Position numbers and translations under genes: made by a program. The notes beneath the pieces are model-generated. The model made no database searches. It worked only from the letters and a program-made list of their open reading frames with translations, and was not told the DNA's origin. From assembly GCA_904063045.1 (NCBI GenBank), contig CAJFCJ010000021.1, positions 1 to 64,000 of the forward strand: DNA of 64,000 bases, written 5' to 3'. The stretch is from Dimorphilus gyrociliatus. Its lineage: Eukaryota > Animalia > Annelida. Shown here in pieces: positions 51,301-63,617 of the stretch (its first letter is position 1; every line of letters starts with the position of its first letter).

Positions 51301-54300
51301 AAATCGTTTCAAGTAGTAAGTACCTTTTTTTCTTAGCCTAGTAAAATGCACATAAACACAAATATAAAAAGACGGATTATGATCAGTTGCTTTTTTTATG
51401 TTCCAGCAACTGAAAGAGGTATACTGAATGTATAGGATTAAGGAGCATAAAAAATATGCCTTTTATATTATATATACTGTATAGTTATATTATATATAGA
51501 AATCCCGTATATTATATAACTAAAAACAATTTGTCCTGTCCACATTTATTGAGTTTAGTTAACTCTACCAGACCTTGCCATACACCAAAACGTCATTTGT
51601 TATGGTAAAGGTTGATTCATAACTACAATCAATATAAAAAAAAGACAAAGTCTGTTGTTGTATTGCTTGTAGTTGTAGTTGTTTCACACGATTTTCGTTC
51701 AGTATTTAGATTATTTATTATCGAATATTCTTTATGTTTAAATATGGAATGAAAGTAAAGCTTATACTAAAATTAATTTAGATATTGTGATAGCTATTAA
51801 CTTCTGTAGAGTGAATATTTTAAAAGGTTTCATTAACATGCACAGTGAAATTTAAGGAATCCCAATTGATCAACAGAAAAATTAGTAGGAAGATAAACAG
51901 GGTGTTACTGGGAAAGTTACTTCTAATATTGCCTATTTAAAAATACGGTAAAAAAGATATCGTTTATATCTACATGTACTGTATATAACTTATAAAAATC
52001 TGCAATACGAGATTATTAAACTCGAACTAGTTCAATAAATCATTGAAATTGCAATAAAATGACTCAATTTTTAATAAACATGCTTACTAAATATTCTAAG
52101 AGTTTTAATATTTTACAAAAAGTGATATTTTGTTATAATTATTAATAAAAACCTGTTTTGAAATTTATCTGATTCGTTGTCGTTATCCAATAATCCATTC
52201 ATATTTGCACTTTTAACCATTTGTACTAGGATTGGAGTTAATTCACCTTCTAGAGCAAGCAGACCCTAAAAGTAGAAAAAGAAAGGATATATCAAGTATG
52301 TCTCTACTTTTCGATTTATTTATATTAAAGGATAGAAGAAAGAAATAGAAACTTTTGCGAAAGCTGCAGCTGTCATTTGTACTCGTCCTTCTTCCGAGGC
52401 GTATATTTTCAAGTCATGTCGGAATGTAGAATGCAAACGAAGCAATCCAAGGCCAGGAACTCCTCCGTAGTCTCCTTTCCCCCCAGGATACATACATCGG
52501 AAAGCTTTACCTAGTTCTTCGGCTTGTTTGATGCCTGCCTCAGTTAGTTCCCCACCCCACTTGAGTATTAATATTAAACTAGGTTCGCTATTCGGATCTA
52601 GAGGAAAAAAAAAATTAAATGTTGTAAAAAACAATTAAATTGTACTAGTTTCACCTTTAGAATCATCATCTGGAGTAGAAACACGTTCTGTGTCAGTATT
52701 TACATCTAATAAAATTAGTAATATTTTAAGATTGTCGAGAAATTTTAATAAGACCTATTTCGCTAAGACTTCTATCGAAACCTCTACGATGATATTTCAA
52801 TTGGACTTTTCTATTTATTCCCGAAAAATGTCCATACATTTCTAGCACAGATTTCAATTGTTCCAGTTTATTCTTTTTCTCTTCAATGGACTCGCAACCC
52901 TCCTCGCTGTGGAGTTCGGTTACAAGATATCTAATAAAGAATTAAAATATAGGAATAATATAATTGTTGTAAGGATTAGCGATTTTTCCAAAGTACCTTG
53001 TGATATCTAAAATCTCCTGCAACTGTTGAGGTTTCTTTAACTTCAATTGCCCTGTCTTATGGCCTCCGTATCGCTCAAATAGATCAAGAAATTTCTTGTG
53101 TTTAACAACCATTTTCATCTTTTGTTTTGGCGTTCTGTCACCGTGTCTCATAACGGCTGTTACGCAACGAAGCTCCATTCTTGTGCCTAAATATTAGTAA
53201 AGTTGAGGTAATGTTTCGTTCAAATCGTACATTAAATAAATTGTCCACCTGAGGTAGTAGGCACAATGGGAATGTCTTCGGAATGAAAATCAAATAGGGA
53301 GATATGTGGAAGCGAAGGTGCGAATTCCCTGAGTATCATGTCTCCCAAAATTTTCGCGCAGTCATCGTAATATTTCGAAGAGTTTTTTACGAAACTGAAA
53401 CCATTAACGTCGCAAACGTATGACTTTCCATTGGCTCTAAGTAGATCAAATCCGCAAATGTTCTGTCTAAACGCCTCGACAATCTGCACTCAAATCGACA
53501 ACATTACTTGTAATATCAAAGTAAAAAAGTTATTAATTACGACAAACCTTCCTAGCCATTAATTTTTCCTGAGCTGATAATAGTACAGGATATCTGATTT
53601 CTTTTCCATCCTTGTCTCTTTCGACTTTACCATCTAAAGCAGGAGATTTTCTAGCTTCTGCATGAGCGTATTCTGGACCAACTGTATAGACTTTAACGTC
53701 TGTTCCATCAGTAGGCATAAAGTCTTCATAAATGTATGAGCCGGTTTTACGAACTTTTGAAACAGGGGAATAAACACTACTTCGACTGCCAATCTGTAAT
53801 GTATTTTACCCGTTAACATAAATCTTTATAGTAATGCGAGAGGGAAGAAGATTTTAAATGAAATAAAGATAAATGGTTACTTTTCGGAACAGTCGTTGAC
53901 TTCCACCCCCAGCGGAACTTGGATAGTAAATATAGACGTTATGGTCCTCTGCAGAAACGGGCTTTTCTACGAATGGTTTTGTGAAGAGAATGCCGTTTAT
54001 CCATACATGATCATCCTCTTCGACAAGTGAATCAGTTTTTTGATCGTTACCTTCGTTTCGACCATCTCTATTCAAATAGGCAAATCTGGGCTGATTGACG
54101 TTTACCAAAGCTAGTTCCTTATAAACATCTCTCCTGTCTTGAATTTTGTTTTGCATGTATAAATCGTTAATGACAAAAGGTTTCCTCAGTTCGATATAGT
54201 TGATAGCTTTATCCAATGGGAAGCCTTTGGAATGAAAACTAATTAAACAATTGACAATGGGCCAATCTTCAATTGGTTGATCAAGAATAATTTCCTCTTC

Positions 54301-54615
54301 AAAAATGATAACATCCAACTCATCAAACAGCTCCAATCTTTCAACTATTTCCTTCATAGCTGCTGAACTTGATTTTTTGTTCATAGCACATATTCCAACT
54401 ATGATTTTCTTTGAGCTTTCGTATATCTAAGATTAATAGTCAATATTTAAAGGAGAAAAGTAGTAACAAACAACTGAGCGTTAATAGGAGGTGTTTACAA
54501 GTTATAGGCCTAAGAAATAAACTATAAACTGCGAAATAAAACGTAAAAAAGTGTTGAAATAGATTACCTCGGAGTCATCAGGTAACTCGTTCAGAAAATT
54601 TTTAAAGTCAGACAT
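48371..54615 (-). CDS. PPIP5K: Inositol hexakisphosphate/diphosphoinositol-pentakisphosphate kinase (PPIP5K/VIP1), multi-exon
   Basis: [56 protein letters not shown], phosphatase motif [39 protein letters not shown]. The exact C-terminus is less certain. Confidence 0.95.
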
Positions 54616-56222
54616 TAATTTTTGTCGATTATCTCCTCTTAGTATGTTTAAGAGATATTAGCTTTAATTAATTGCGACTAAACGTCAAATTTTTGAATAA
54701 ATTCTCGATTAACATTAAATCAGAATGTCCAAGAGAATATTTTTTAATCCTTGTAAACATGTGAAGCTGGTAATAAATAATTCATTAAACTTGACGATAA
54801 TCAATTGAAATGAAATTTTTTTCAACTCAATTTCAAATTAACTCCTCTATGGCTGTTATTTAGGCTTTTTTCTTACTATAACCTTATAACCACTGACTGA
54901 AACCATTAGAATAAAAAAGATCGGCGCCAGTTCGATACTAAAAAGAACATCTGTTCCATTCTATTTGTTATTTCGATATAACGTTCCGACATTCCCCTTT
55001 TTAATTTTTATTCTGAATTAAACAAAGTAAAGCTCATAAATATTATGTAATATTTTATAATAGACTTGAATTATTTAATCATCTGTTAATTTTCAATTTT
55101 TTAATATATTCATAAAAAGAAGATAATAAGGGATTCTTCATTAAAAATAATTAGAATATGTTTTACATATTTTAGCTTTTATTGCGTGTTTTTATCAATA
55201 TTTTCCCAGAAATAATAATTCTATTTTTGGATGATGTGCTGCAAATCAACACAAAAGGAAGCTTGTTTATATTGTTTTTTATTTTATTACCATGTTGCTA
55301 GTGTGTATGTATGTATGCAAGTAAACAATAATTATAGACGGCTTTTTACAGTATTAATAGTATTTAAAAAACAATTCACGTGACTAAACGTAACGCCAAA
55401 TTAAAGAAAAAAAAATACGTCCCAATGCCAAAGTATTTGTATGGTTCTTCGTATTTTTCGATGGACATTCCGCTTGACAGATCTGTTCTAATCCTAACAA
55501 ATTCGGATTAGTTCCGGCTGAAGCTAAATCGAGAATAAGCAGTTTTATCGAACGATTTATAATGTTTGGCCTAAATTACAAAAAAGAACCAAAGTATTAT
55601 AAATTTTAAGAAATATCGAGACAGAGAGAGAGAAAAAGAGAGAGAGAGAGAGAGAGAATGAGGTGTAAGGACTTAAGTTTGAATAAAATTGGCTTTTCTC
55701 TTTAAATATTTACTTCTAAAAGTCATTTCTTCACCAAAAAAACTTTGATTAATTGTATGAGAATATTTAATTATATAATTAATGAAACGTAAGCTAATCA
55801 TAAATAATGGCGAAAAATTTAAAGAGAAAATGTATCTTTCATCTAAGTAAATTGTTTGGGTTATTAAGTTTAACAAGTGTATTTTATTAATTAAAAATAT
55901 AATATTATTTTCTTTTGTTGCGTAATTAATTATGTTATATTTAAAAAAAAAAACACACAAATTTCTACGGAAGGATTAGTTTATCGTTTTTAACAAATAC
56001 TGTATACATAAACATTAACAATTTTATAATATAAGAGAGAATAGAATGGCTGTATTCTTAATATTAATTATAATTCTTTTGAAAAGAATTTATTTGCATT
56101 TCTATATTTATGATTAAGAAAAAAAATTCTTCCTCTTTATTTAATATCTTCACTTCCTCTTGTATTTGTTCATTATTGGCTGTTTTTCCGTTATAAGCCA
56201 ATATAGTATTTCAATTTAACGT

Positions 56223-57685
56223 CTATTTCTTAATAATTCCTTTCTGTAATAGAAAACATAAATAAGAATAGAAAATATAACAAAATAATAAAAAAGCATA
56301 TAGAAAGTAACCTGGTAGAGAGAGTGATGATGATTCGAATGGAAAGTGCAGCAAGAGACGGGAAAGAAACCTTTTTGCCCTTTGCATGTGCCCTTCCATA
56401 AACCCCTTTTTGGTAATCTTTCCAAATCTAGTATGACGTCACCTATCCTTAATTCCAGTTCCCCTTCACCCAAGCAAGGTCGGTCGGTATGAACCACGGC
56501 CATACAAACTAAATCTATAGCTTCCAAGTGCTTAGCTGGCGACCCGAAACCCCACAAGGCTAATTGGTGCCGTCTTCTCGGATCCATACATAGTAAACCG
56601 CTCCAGAGCAGCATAAAAGATAGTAATATAAAAATAGTCATGAACCCAGTTAATGAGATTAATATTCTTACGGTATTACTGGAAAATTGGGCCTTACTCT
56701 CAAGAGTATCACAAAACGACCATATGGCGTCTCCTCCTTCAGTATAACTACGCCATTCAGGTGATAAGGACGACCATCCTGGATCGCACAAACATCCAGT
56801 ACCATTTTCAAATGCCTTTCCATGTTTGCAATGAAATGTGAATGTAATAGGGGAATTAACAATATCTAATTCGTCCAGATCCCTTAATTGTAAAGCGTCT
56901 CTCGCCTCGTCTTTGGTAACGTTTTCTTTCAGACTGATACATTTATTCGATTCAAGCAAAAGCATATAATTCGGTCTTGATACAAGTTTACATCGGTCCG
57001 CCAAATTGCATAATCCCGTCGTTACATTGAAGTAATTGATCATACCGCAATATTTATGTCTACATAAAGCCGGTTTGCAATTGGCAAATCTATCCAAATC
57101 GGTCGCAGGACATCTACTAAAATATTCAAAGATAATCGAGAGGAAATTAGGTAAGAAAGCCAAATCGGATATTCTCGTGTCAAATCGGATCAAGACGGAT
57201 ACGGCAATCGGACTACCATAAGTTATAGATACATTGCAATCGCCCTTCCAGTCGTAGGGGTATAAAGTAGTGGCAAGCATTTTTATATCCCTTTCATCTT
57301 CAAACTCTAAATCTCTTACTTCACCGGCTAATACTTCCAAAAGCCCGCAATCTCTATACGATTTCTCTTTTACGCCGTTTAGGCTCCATCTATCAACACA
57401 ACAATGTTGAGTAGTTCCTAATATTTTAGGTAATTTTGGTGATCCAATATTCCTAACTCTAACATCTAAGCCCCATTTATATATAATATTTTTTTTTAAA
57501 AAAAAAACATAAACCTCAGTTATACAGTTAAAAACCGGATTGTTATATAGAATCTTACAGAATATTATTCCTATATTATTTATATTAATCGGATATATTC
57601 CTTTATCAACAACTTCTATTGGTGGAATGTTACACGATATCTTTTTGATAATTAGCAATAAACAATTAACTATTATTATCATCAT
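56223..57685 (-). CDS. Uncharacterised type I membrane protein: signal peptide, Cys-rich/EGF-like ectodomain, TM, cytoplasmic SH3 domain
   Basis: Long ORF in AT-rich DNA. Start MMIIIVNCLLLIIKKISC (ATG 57685); EGF-like CKHGKAFENGTGCLCDPGW; TM ILISLTGFMTIFILLSFMLLWSGLLC; SH3 signature GEGELELRIGDVI...GLWKGTCKGQKGFFPVSC. Likely 68-nt intron 56311-56244 gives the end YQKGIIKK*; a possible in-frame intron lies near 57470-57570. Confidence 0.75.
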
Positions 57686-57717
57686 CGTCTTTTCTATATA
57701 TAAACTAGGTAAATTAT

Positions 57718-57743
57718 ATAATAATAATAATAATAATAATAAT
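57718..57743. repeat. (AAT)n microsatellite
   Basis: Perfect AAT run upstream of the EGF-TM-SH3 start codon. Confidence 0.85.
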
Positions 57744-58014
57744 ACGGAAATATACAAATGTCTTTCAAATTTAAATTAACTAATTGTTCTCCATACAAAC
57801 CAACCTTAGTAGGCCTAATTAATTGTAATAATAATAACGACGACGAATATCCACCAGGTAAGCTTATATTGTATACTGCTTAGAATACTTATTGTAATTT
57901 AAACCTCAAACTAGATAAGCTTATTATTCGTTATAATATATTTATATTTGTTAATAATTCATAACATTTTAAATGCTTTATAAGTTTCAAATATCTTCCA
58001 AGTTGAATAATGAA

Positions 58015-59398
58015 TTATACTTTATTTAACGCTTGTTTAAGATCGCTAATTAAATCTTTAACTTCTTCAAGACCAACACTGTTTAGGGAATGAAGTAAAG
58101 ATTGATAAGAGAAGAGATTAAGTTCCCACGATGCTATACTACCTAAATCTAATTAATCCTGGTGTAACGAAAGCTCTTTCTCTTTCCTCGTCGTTCATAA
58201 GCATTGGTCCATGTGTCATTGTCGCCGGATGGCACATTAAACTTTCAACACCACCTAAGGAAACGCCCAAGTGTATAACTCGAACAGATTCTATGAATCG
58301 AACAGCCGCATCTAAGCCGTCTTTCATCTCAAAGGACATCATGCCTCCGCATCCGTTAGGCATTTGCTGTTGAATAATTTTATGACCAGCGTGAGATCTT
58401 AGACCTGGATACAAAACATTCGATACTTTATCCTTTCTACTATCCAAATATTCAGCTATTTCTCTTGCATTTTCCGTGTGTTTCTTCATTCTAAGTGGTA
58501 GAGTTTTGAGACCTCGAAGTAGCAAGCTAGCTTCATGAGGAGACTATATCAATGTTAACAATTTCGTCAATATAAGTTAATGATAATTAGTGTTTTGTAA
58601 TTAGATAAATACCAGTATAGTTCCATATAAACTTCTGGCTATTAGTAGTCGTGACCATAGCTTTTCATTCCTAGTTGAAAGAACTCCAGCAATTACGTCA
58701 GAGTGACCTCCAATATACTTCGTAGCACTGTGAAGAACAATATCAATACCATAGTTAAGAGGTTTGAATAGCACAGGCGAACCAAAGGTTGCATCGACAA
58801 CTGTCAAGATTCCTCTTTTTTTGCCCAAGGCGGCAAATTCTATTAAATCCAAGATTGACATAATCGGATTGCACGGCGTTTCTCCATAGAGCATTACTGT
58901 ATTTGGTTTAATTGCAGCTTCCCAATCTTGCATATCAGAATCAGAGTTTAGCCACGATACTGATACATTGAACTGGGCCATCAGCTTTTTTAATACTTCA
59001 AAAGTACCACTATAAAGTGGATATTGGCATACAATATGATCATTTGCCTTTAGACATTCGAGAAAAATAGTAGAAATGGCTCCCATACCGCTTGAAAAAG
59101 TTAAAGAGCCGTAAGCATCCTCCAAAGATGCTAAGGAGACTTCAACAGCTTGGCATGATGGATTGCAAAGTCTACCATATATAAAACCATCTTCTTCAAG
59201 GATTTTTAGGTAGTCGTCTACAGATGATATTTTATAGATCGCTGAATGATAAATAGGCTGAATAATAGGTTCAACAGCCCGAGTGGATGATTTGAGCTTA
59301 GAACTTATTACTTTTGTACTATCCCCAATATCGGATAACTGAATTCCTAATAATCTATCGCTCAAGTCAGATGTAGCAGGTTTCCACTTTGAAGACAT
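58015..59398 (-). CDS. Cys/Met metabolism PLP enzyme (cystathionine gamma-lyase / methionine gamma-lyase-like), 3 exons
   Basis: YGRLCNP, FSSGMGAIS, ETPCNP, VVDATF, PLP-Lys motif HSATKYIGGHSD, VSLGGVESL, GLIRF|SVGLE. Confidence 0.9.
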
Positions 59399-60333
59399 TT
59401 TGATTTAACTGTTGCTGTAGAAATTAGTCAGTTATATATCTTGCTTTAGGCGTATTTACTAGAAAAATAAACATATGTTAGAAGTACACGGGAGAAGAGG
59501 ACGTAATAATTTCCGCCAATTCATCCTGAAGTATTAATTTATGGTATGCATAACAAAGAAACTTCTTTCATCTATATAGAAGTTTTAGAACCTTCAGCTT
59601 CAAATAATTTCAAATATTGACCTTTCATATCAACTTCTATCTGTACCTTCACTTATTACCTTTGTCTGCAATTCGAAGGGGAAAACAACATGAAATGCAA
59701 TTCCTAGGCACCTGTTTAATTCTCATTCTAGTGATTGAGACTTTTCTTTTGTAATATTGCTAATATTTTTATTAAAGGAAATTATAATAAGTTTTTTTCA
59801 TCATCGTTCTCGCATCTTTATACATATACAACATAGACGAAACGCTTTATAAACAATATATATACAAATATATAGTATATACTATATACAGCATAGATAG
59901 ATAAATGTAAAAATAAGATACAATGTAAGCTACATATCTACTCTAAGGCAAATTGAACACTACCACTGTACATGTTTATCATGCATATGGTAAATAGCGT
60001 ATTACTTTAAAAGACTACATTAGAATGCAACGATACAGAACACTTTGGTAGATTTATAGAATATTATTATTGCCGAATTACACGATTGTTTCGGAAGAAT
60101 TCAAGTGCTATTCTCAAAAATAAACTCGTAACAGGTTGTTTTCTCCAGAAATAAGGTTACAATATTTTTATATAAAAAACGGGGATTAAGAGATAGATTG
60201 ATAGATAGATGAAAAAGAGTGATAAATAGATAGGGCATATATGAAAAAGAGAGAAAGTGCTAGAGAAACAGACAAACAGACAGAAAAAAGGAAAGAACGA
60301 GGGAATAACTACAGTTTTCTGCCTCTCTTTTAT

Positions 60334-63300
60334 CTACAGGTCTTCTCCCAGACGTTCAATCTCTTCTAAAAGGAAATCGATGTCGTCTGGAATGGTGGCT
60401 GGATTCGATACGATCATCCTAAAGAAATTAGGAAGATCTCCCAAAGGCTGATAACCGACCATGGTAGTTCCCGTTTCCATCATCATCGACTTAATCTTTG
60501 GCGCCACCTGTTGGATATAAGTTAAGATAAGGAAAACGTTAATGCACCTTTAGCAGTATAAGTTCATTACTTTGTCTAATAAAGCATCTCTCCTGCAACC
60601 TTTTTCTATGTAACGTACATTTTTAGGTACATACCAGAAGCAAACATTTAAAAATTCAGGCTGTATAGGTAAGAAATAAGAAGACAAAAAGGATTTTTTC
60701 ATTATTATAACAACGAAAGTATTCATTTCAATAGTCAACCTCATTGATTACAAACTGAAATCCTTCTTTGTCCCTTAATTTCTTTTGTAGATATCTAAAT
60801 TAAAAAGGGAATTTATGTAATTATAATAATAACCAAAGCTGTAAGAAGATATAATACGATATAATTTAAATCTATAATAGTTAATTACAGAGAAAGATCC
60901 ATAAGTTTATCGATTTGGGATTCTAATCCACTATCACCTTTTGCCCTCCACATAAGCCACAGTTTAAAAATATCGTTATGTCGTCCACACTGTTATTTAT
61001 TAGATAAATTGAATGAATTCATTAAAAATACTGCTTATACAATAATATAAAAAGAAAAAGAAAACCTGTATAGCCTTATCGCCCTTGTCGTAAGTAATAT
61101 CGTAATGTTTGTCTTGTTGGAATAAGTATTTTGCCCTTAACGAATTGCATTTTTCCAAGATACCCTACATTTATTATAAAGGATTGAAAACTGATTAGAA
61201 AAAACCTTATAGTGGTGAATACGAGGACAACTTTTTCTTTCATCAAAACAGCTGAACATTGTAAAGTAGCACCCATTAACTTGTGAGGATTCCAAGTAAC
61301 GGAATCTGCTCTGTCTATTCCATTCAAAAGTTTTCTATGACTTTTAGAAAGAAGTGCACCTCCTCCCCACGCACACTATCAAAAGATAGATGGGTTTAGC
61401 AGTGGATTTCTAACCATACTTTATTGTACTTACGTCCACGTGCAGCCATAAGCCATATTTAATTGCTATATCAGATATTTCCCATATTGGATCAAATGAT
61501 CCAAGAACAGTAGTACCACCTGAAGATAATAATTCAAATGTAATTTGTCAATGGTATTAGTGTGAAATTATATCACGGAACGTTTTGTTTACCTGTTGCA
61601 GAGACGAAGAAAGGAATCGCACCAGAAGCCAATGTTTTCTCTATTTGTTTTTCCAAGTCTTTTACCATCATTTTACCTTTTGAGTCGGTTTTAATTCCTA
61701 TACAGTTATTGGTTCCTATACCGAGAATTGCAGCCGATCTCTTGATGGAGAAATGACTCTGATATTGAATAGGATATTAACTGTTACTGTATAATTTCGA
61801 TACATATATAATGTTTCATACGTATTCGGATGTAAACATTACAAGCTTCGGTGAAACTTCCATTCCATGCTCCTTTATTTCGGGACATATTCGATATCTC
61901 GCTGCAAGAACAGCGTATAGGTTCGATATTGCGCCACCTGGAGCAAATACTCCATCGCAATTATTGTCGGGCCAACCGATTATATCTCTCATTTTAGCTA
62001 ATACAATATCCTCCATCAGCGTGAAAACAGGTGCAATTTCATAGGTAAACCTTTAAAAGGGTTTTAAAAGTCACGCAACTAAATTATTTACATGGGATTT
62101 TGCATGGATTAACATACATATTTGTATTTGCAGCAGCAGTTAACCACTCGCCAGCAAGGGCAATGAGATCTAGTCCAGTTGATAATTGGTTAAAAAACCT
62201 AGGGTGTCCGGTTTTAACACAAAATTTTAAAGTTTCCTTACAATCAATAAGAATCTGTTCTAAATCTTTCGGATCATCGTCCAAATTTAGACAAGGTCCC
62301 AGAGCGTTTCTAAGTGAATGGGGATGATGAAAATCAAGAACTTTATAGCTCCTATCATTATTCTTTTTAATATAATCTAGTAGAATGTCGACAACTTCCA
62401 ATAAAAATTGTGATGTCTTTTTGCTACCTTGAGTGGTGGTTTCATACGGTAATAGTTCTAAAAAAGATTAAGTCTCTTAACGTTACAAGTCTATGTATAG
62501 TGTAAACAACTGTACATAAAAAAAGATAGTGATGTTGAATATAACAAAGGCCCATCTTATCAGTGTAAATAGTCTCCCAGTTTTTTTTGATTGGCATAAC
62601 GTCAAATTATGGTTGGTTAAAGATGGTAAATGTGATTTATACGAAAGAGAAGCTTAGATTAGTGATAAGATTTTTTGTTTACAAGGCAACTACTTCCAAA
62701 GTAAAAATTATTGAGAACATGATCCTTTTCGGTTACTAATATATAGCATATACAATTATAATTGACTTAATTAGAGTCCATTGAATATAAGAAAAAACAT
62801 TTTTACTTTCAGTAAAAGCTTAATAAGCGAATTCCATTAACTTAAAACTATCAAATACTTACCGTTTACGCACGATACTTTCACAACAAGGCTTAGTTTA
62901 CTAGAATTTATATTTAAATTTGTACGGAAAATATTATATTCCAAGGTAAGATGACCTTGGATTCGAAAGAATTGTATCATTACATTGAATCTTACAATAT
63001 CTCTGTACTATTTAAGTAAATAATTGTAGAAGGGCTTTTTTTCAGTTCTTTTTTCCACTGTTACATATTTTTATTTCTCTTTAGACGTCCGTAAAAAAAA
63101 GAAGACGTTTCTGGTTTTGGTAAAAAAAAGTAGTCACGTTTCTTCTATTAGACGTCAATAACGTATAATCATACGGCAAGAAAAGTCGACTTGATTGTAA
63201 CTTTCACTCGCCTGTTATCTTGTTCAATGGTATTATAAACCACGAATGTTTCCTATTGGTTATCTATACGTACTAAATTTCGAATTATATCTATCGTATA

Positions 63301-63617
63301 TGTTAAATTAGAAGAATAGACTGCATATATACAGTATATACATATTCTTTGTTAATGCTCGATAAAGTCAAATAAAGGTTAAAACTTCTCTTTCATTCTA
63401 TTCTATGTTATCTTCATTTGCAGATTGAGTTTTATAGGAAAATCAATTAACCTTATATTTATCAGTATAATTTCTTATTGCTTTTTCAATAAAGAAAATA
63501 TAAATTCAAGTTTTTACCGTAATTGAAAACATTTTCAAACTTCTTCCAACTAGATTCAGAAGGTTGTTTATCTTCTTCTCGGAAACAAGTGTTTCTTAAA
63601 CTCTTCTCACTTTGCAT
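60334..63617 (-). CDS. GAD: Glutamate decarboxylase; first exon 63617-63518 (MQSEK...ENVFNY) spliced to ELLPY at 62457, then further short-intron exons
   Basis: [24 protein letters not shown] (GAD-type rather than CSAD NTSQYTYE), PGGAISN, PLP motif [25 protein letters not shown]...IERLGEDL*. Confidence 0.95.

Noticed and set aside
62863-62900. Strong donor ACG|GTAAGT inside GAD intron 1 (possible poison or alternative exon)
   Set aside because: Inclusion after exon 1 gives immediate stops, and no in-frame ATG or convincing promoter is visible. It cannot be supported without reads.
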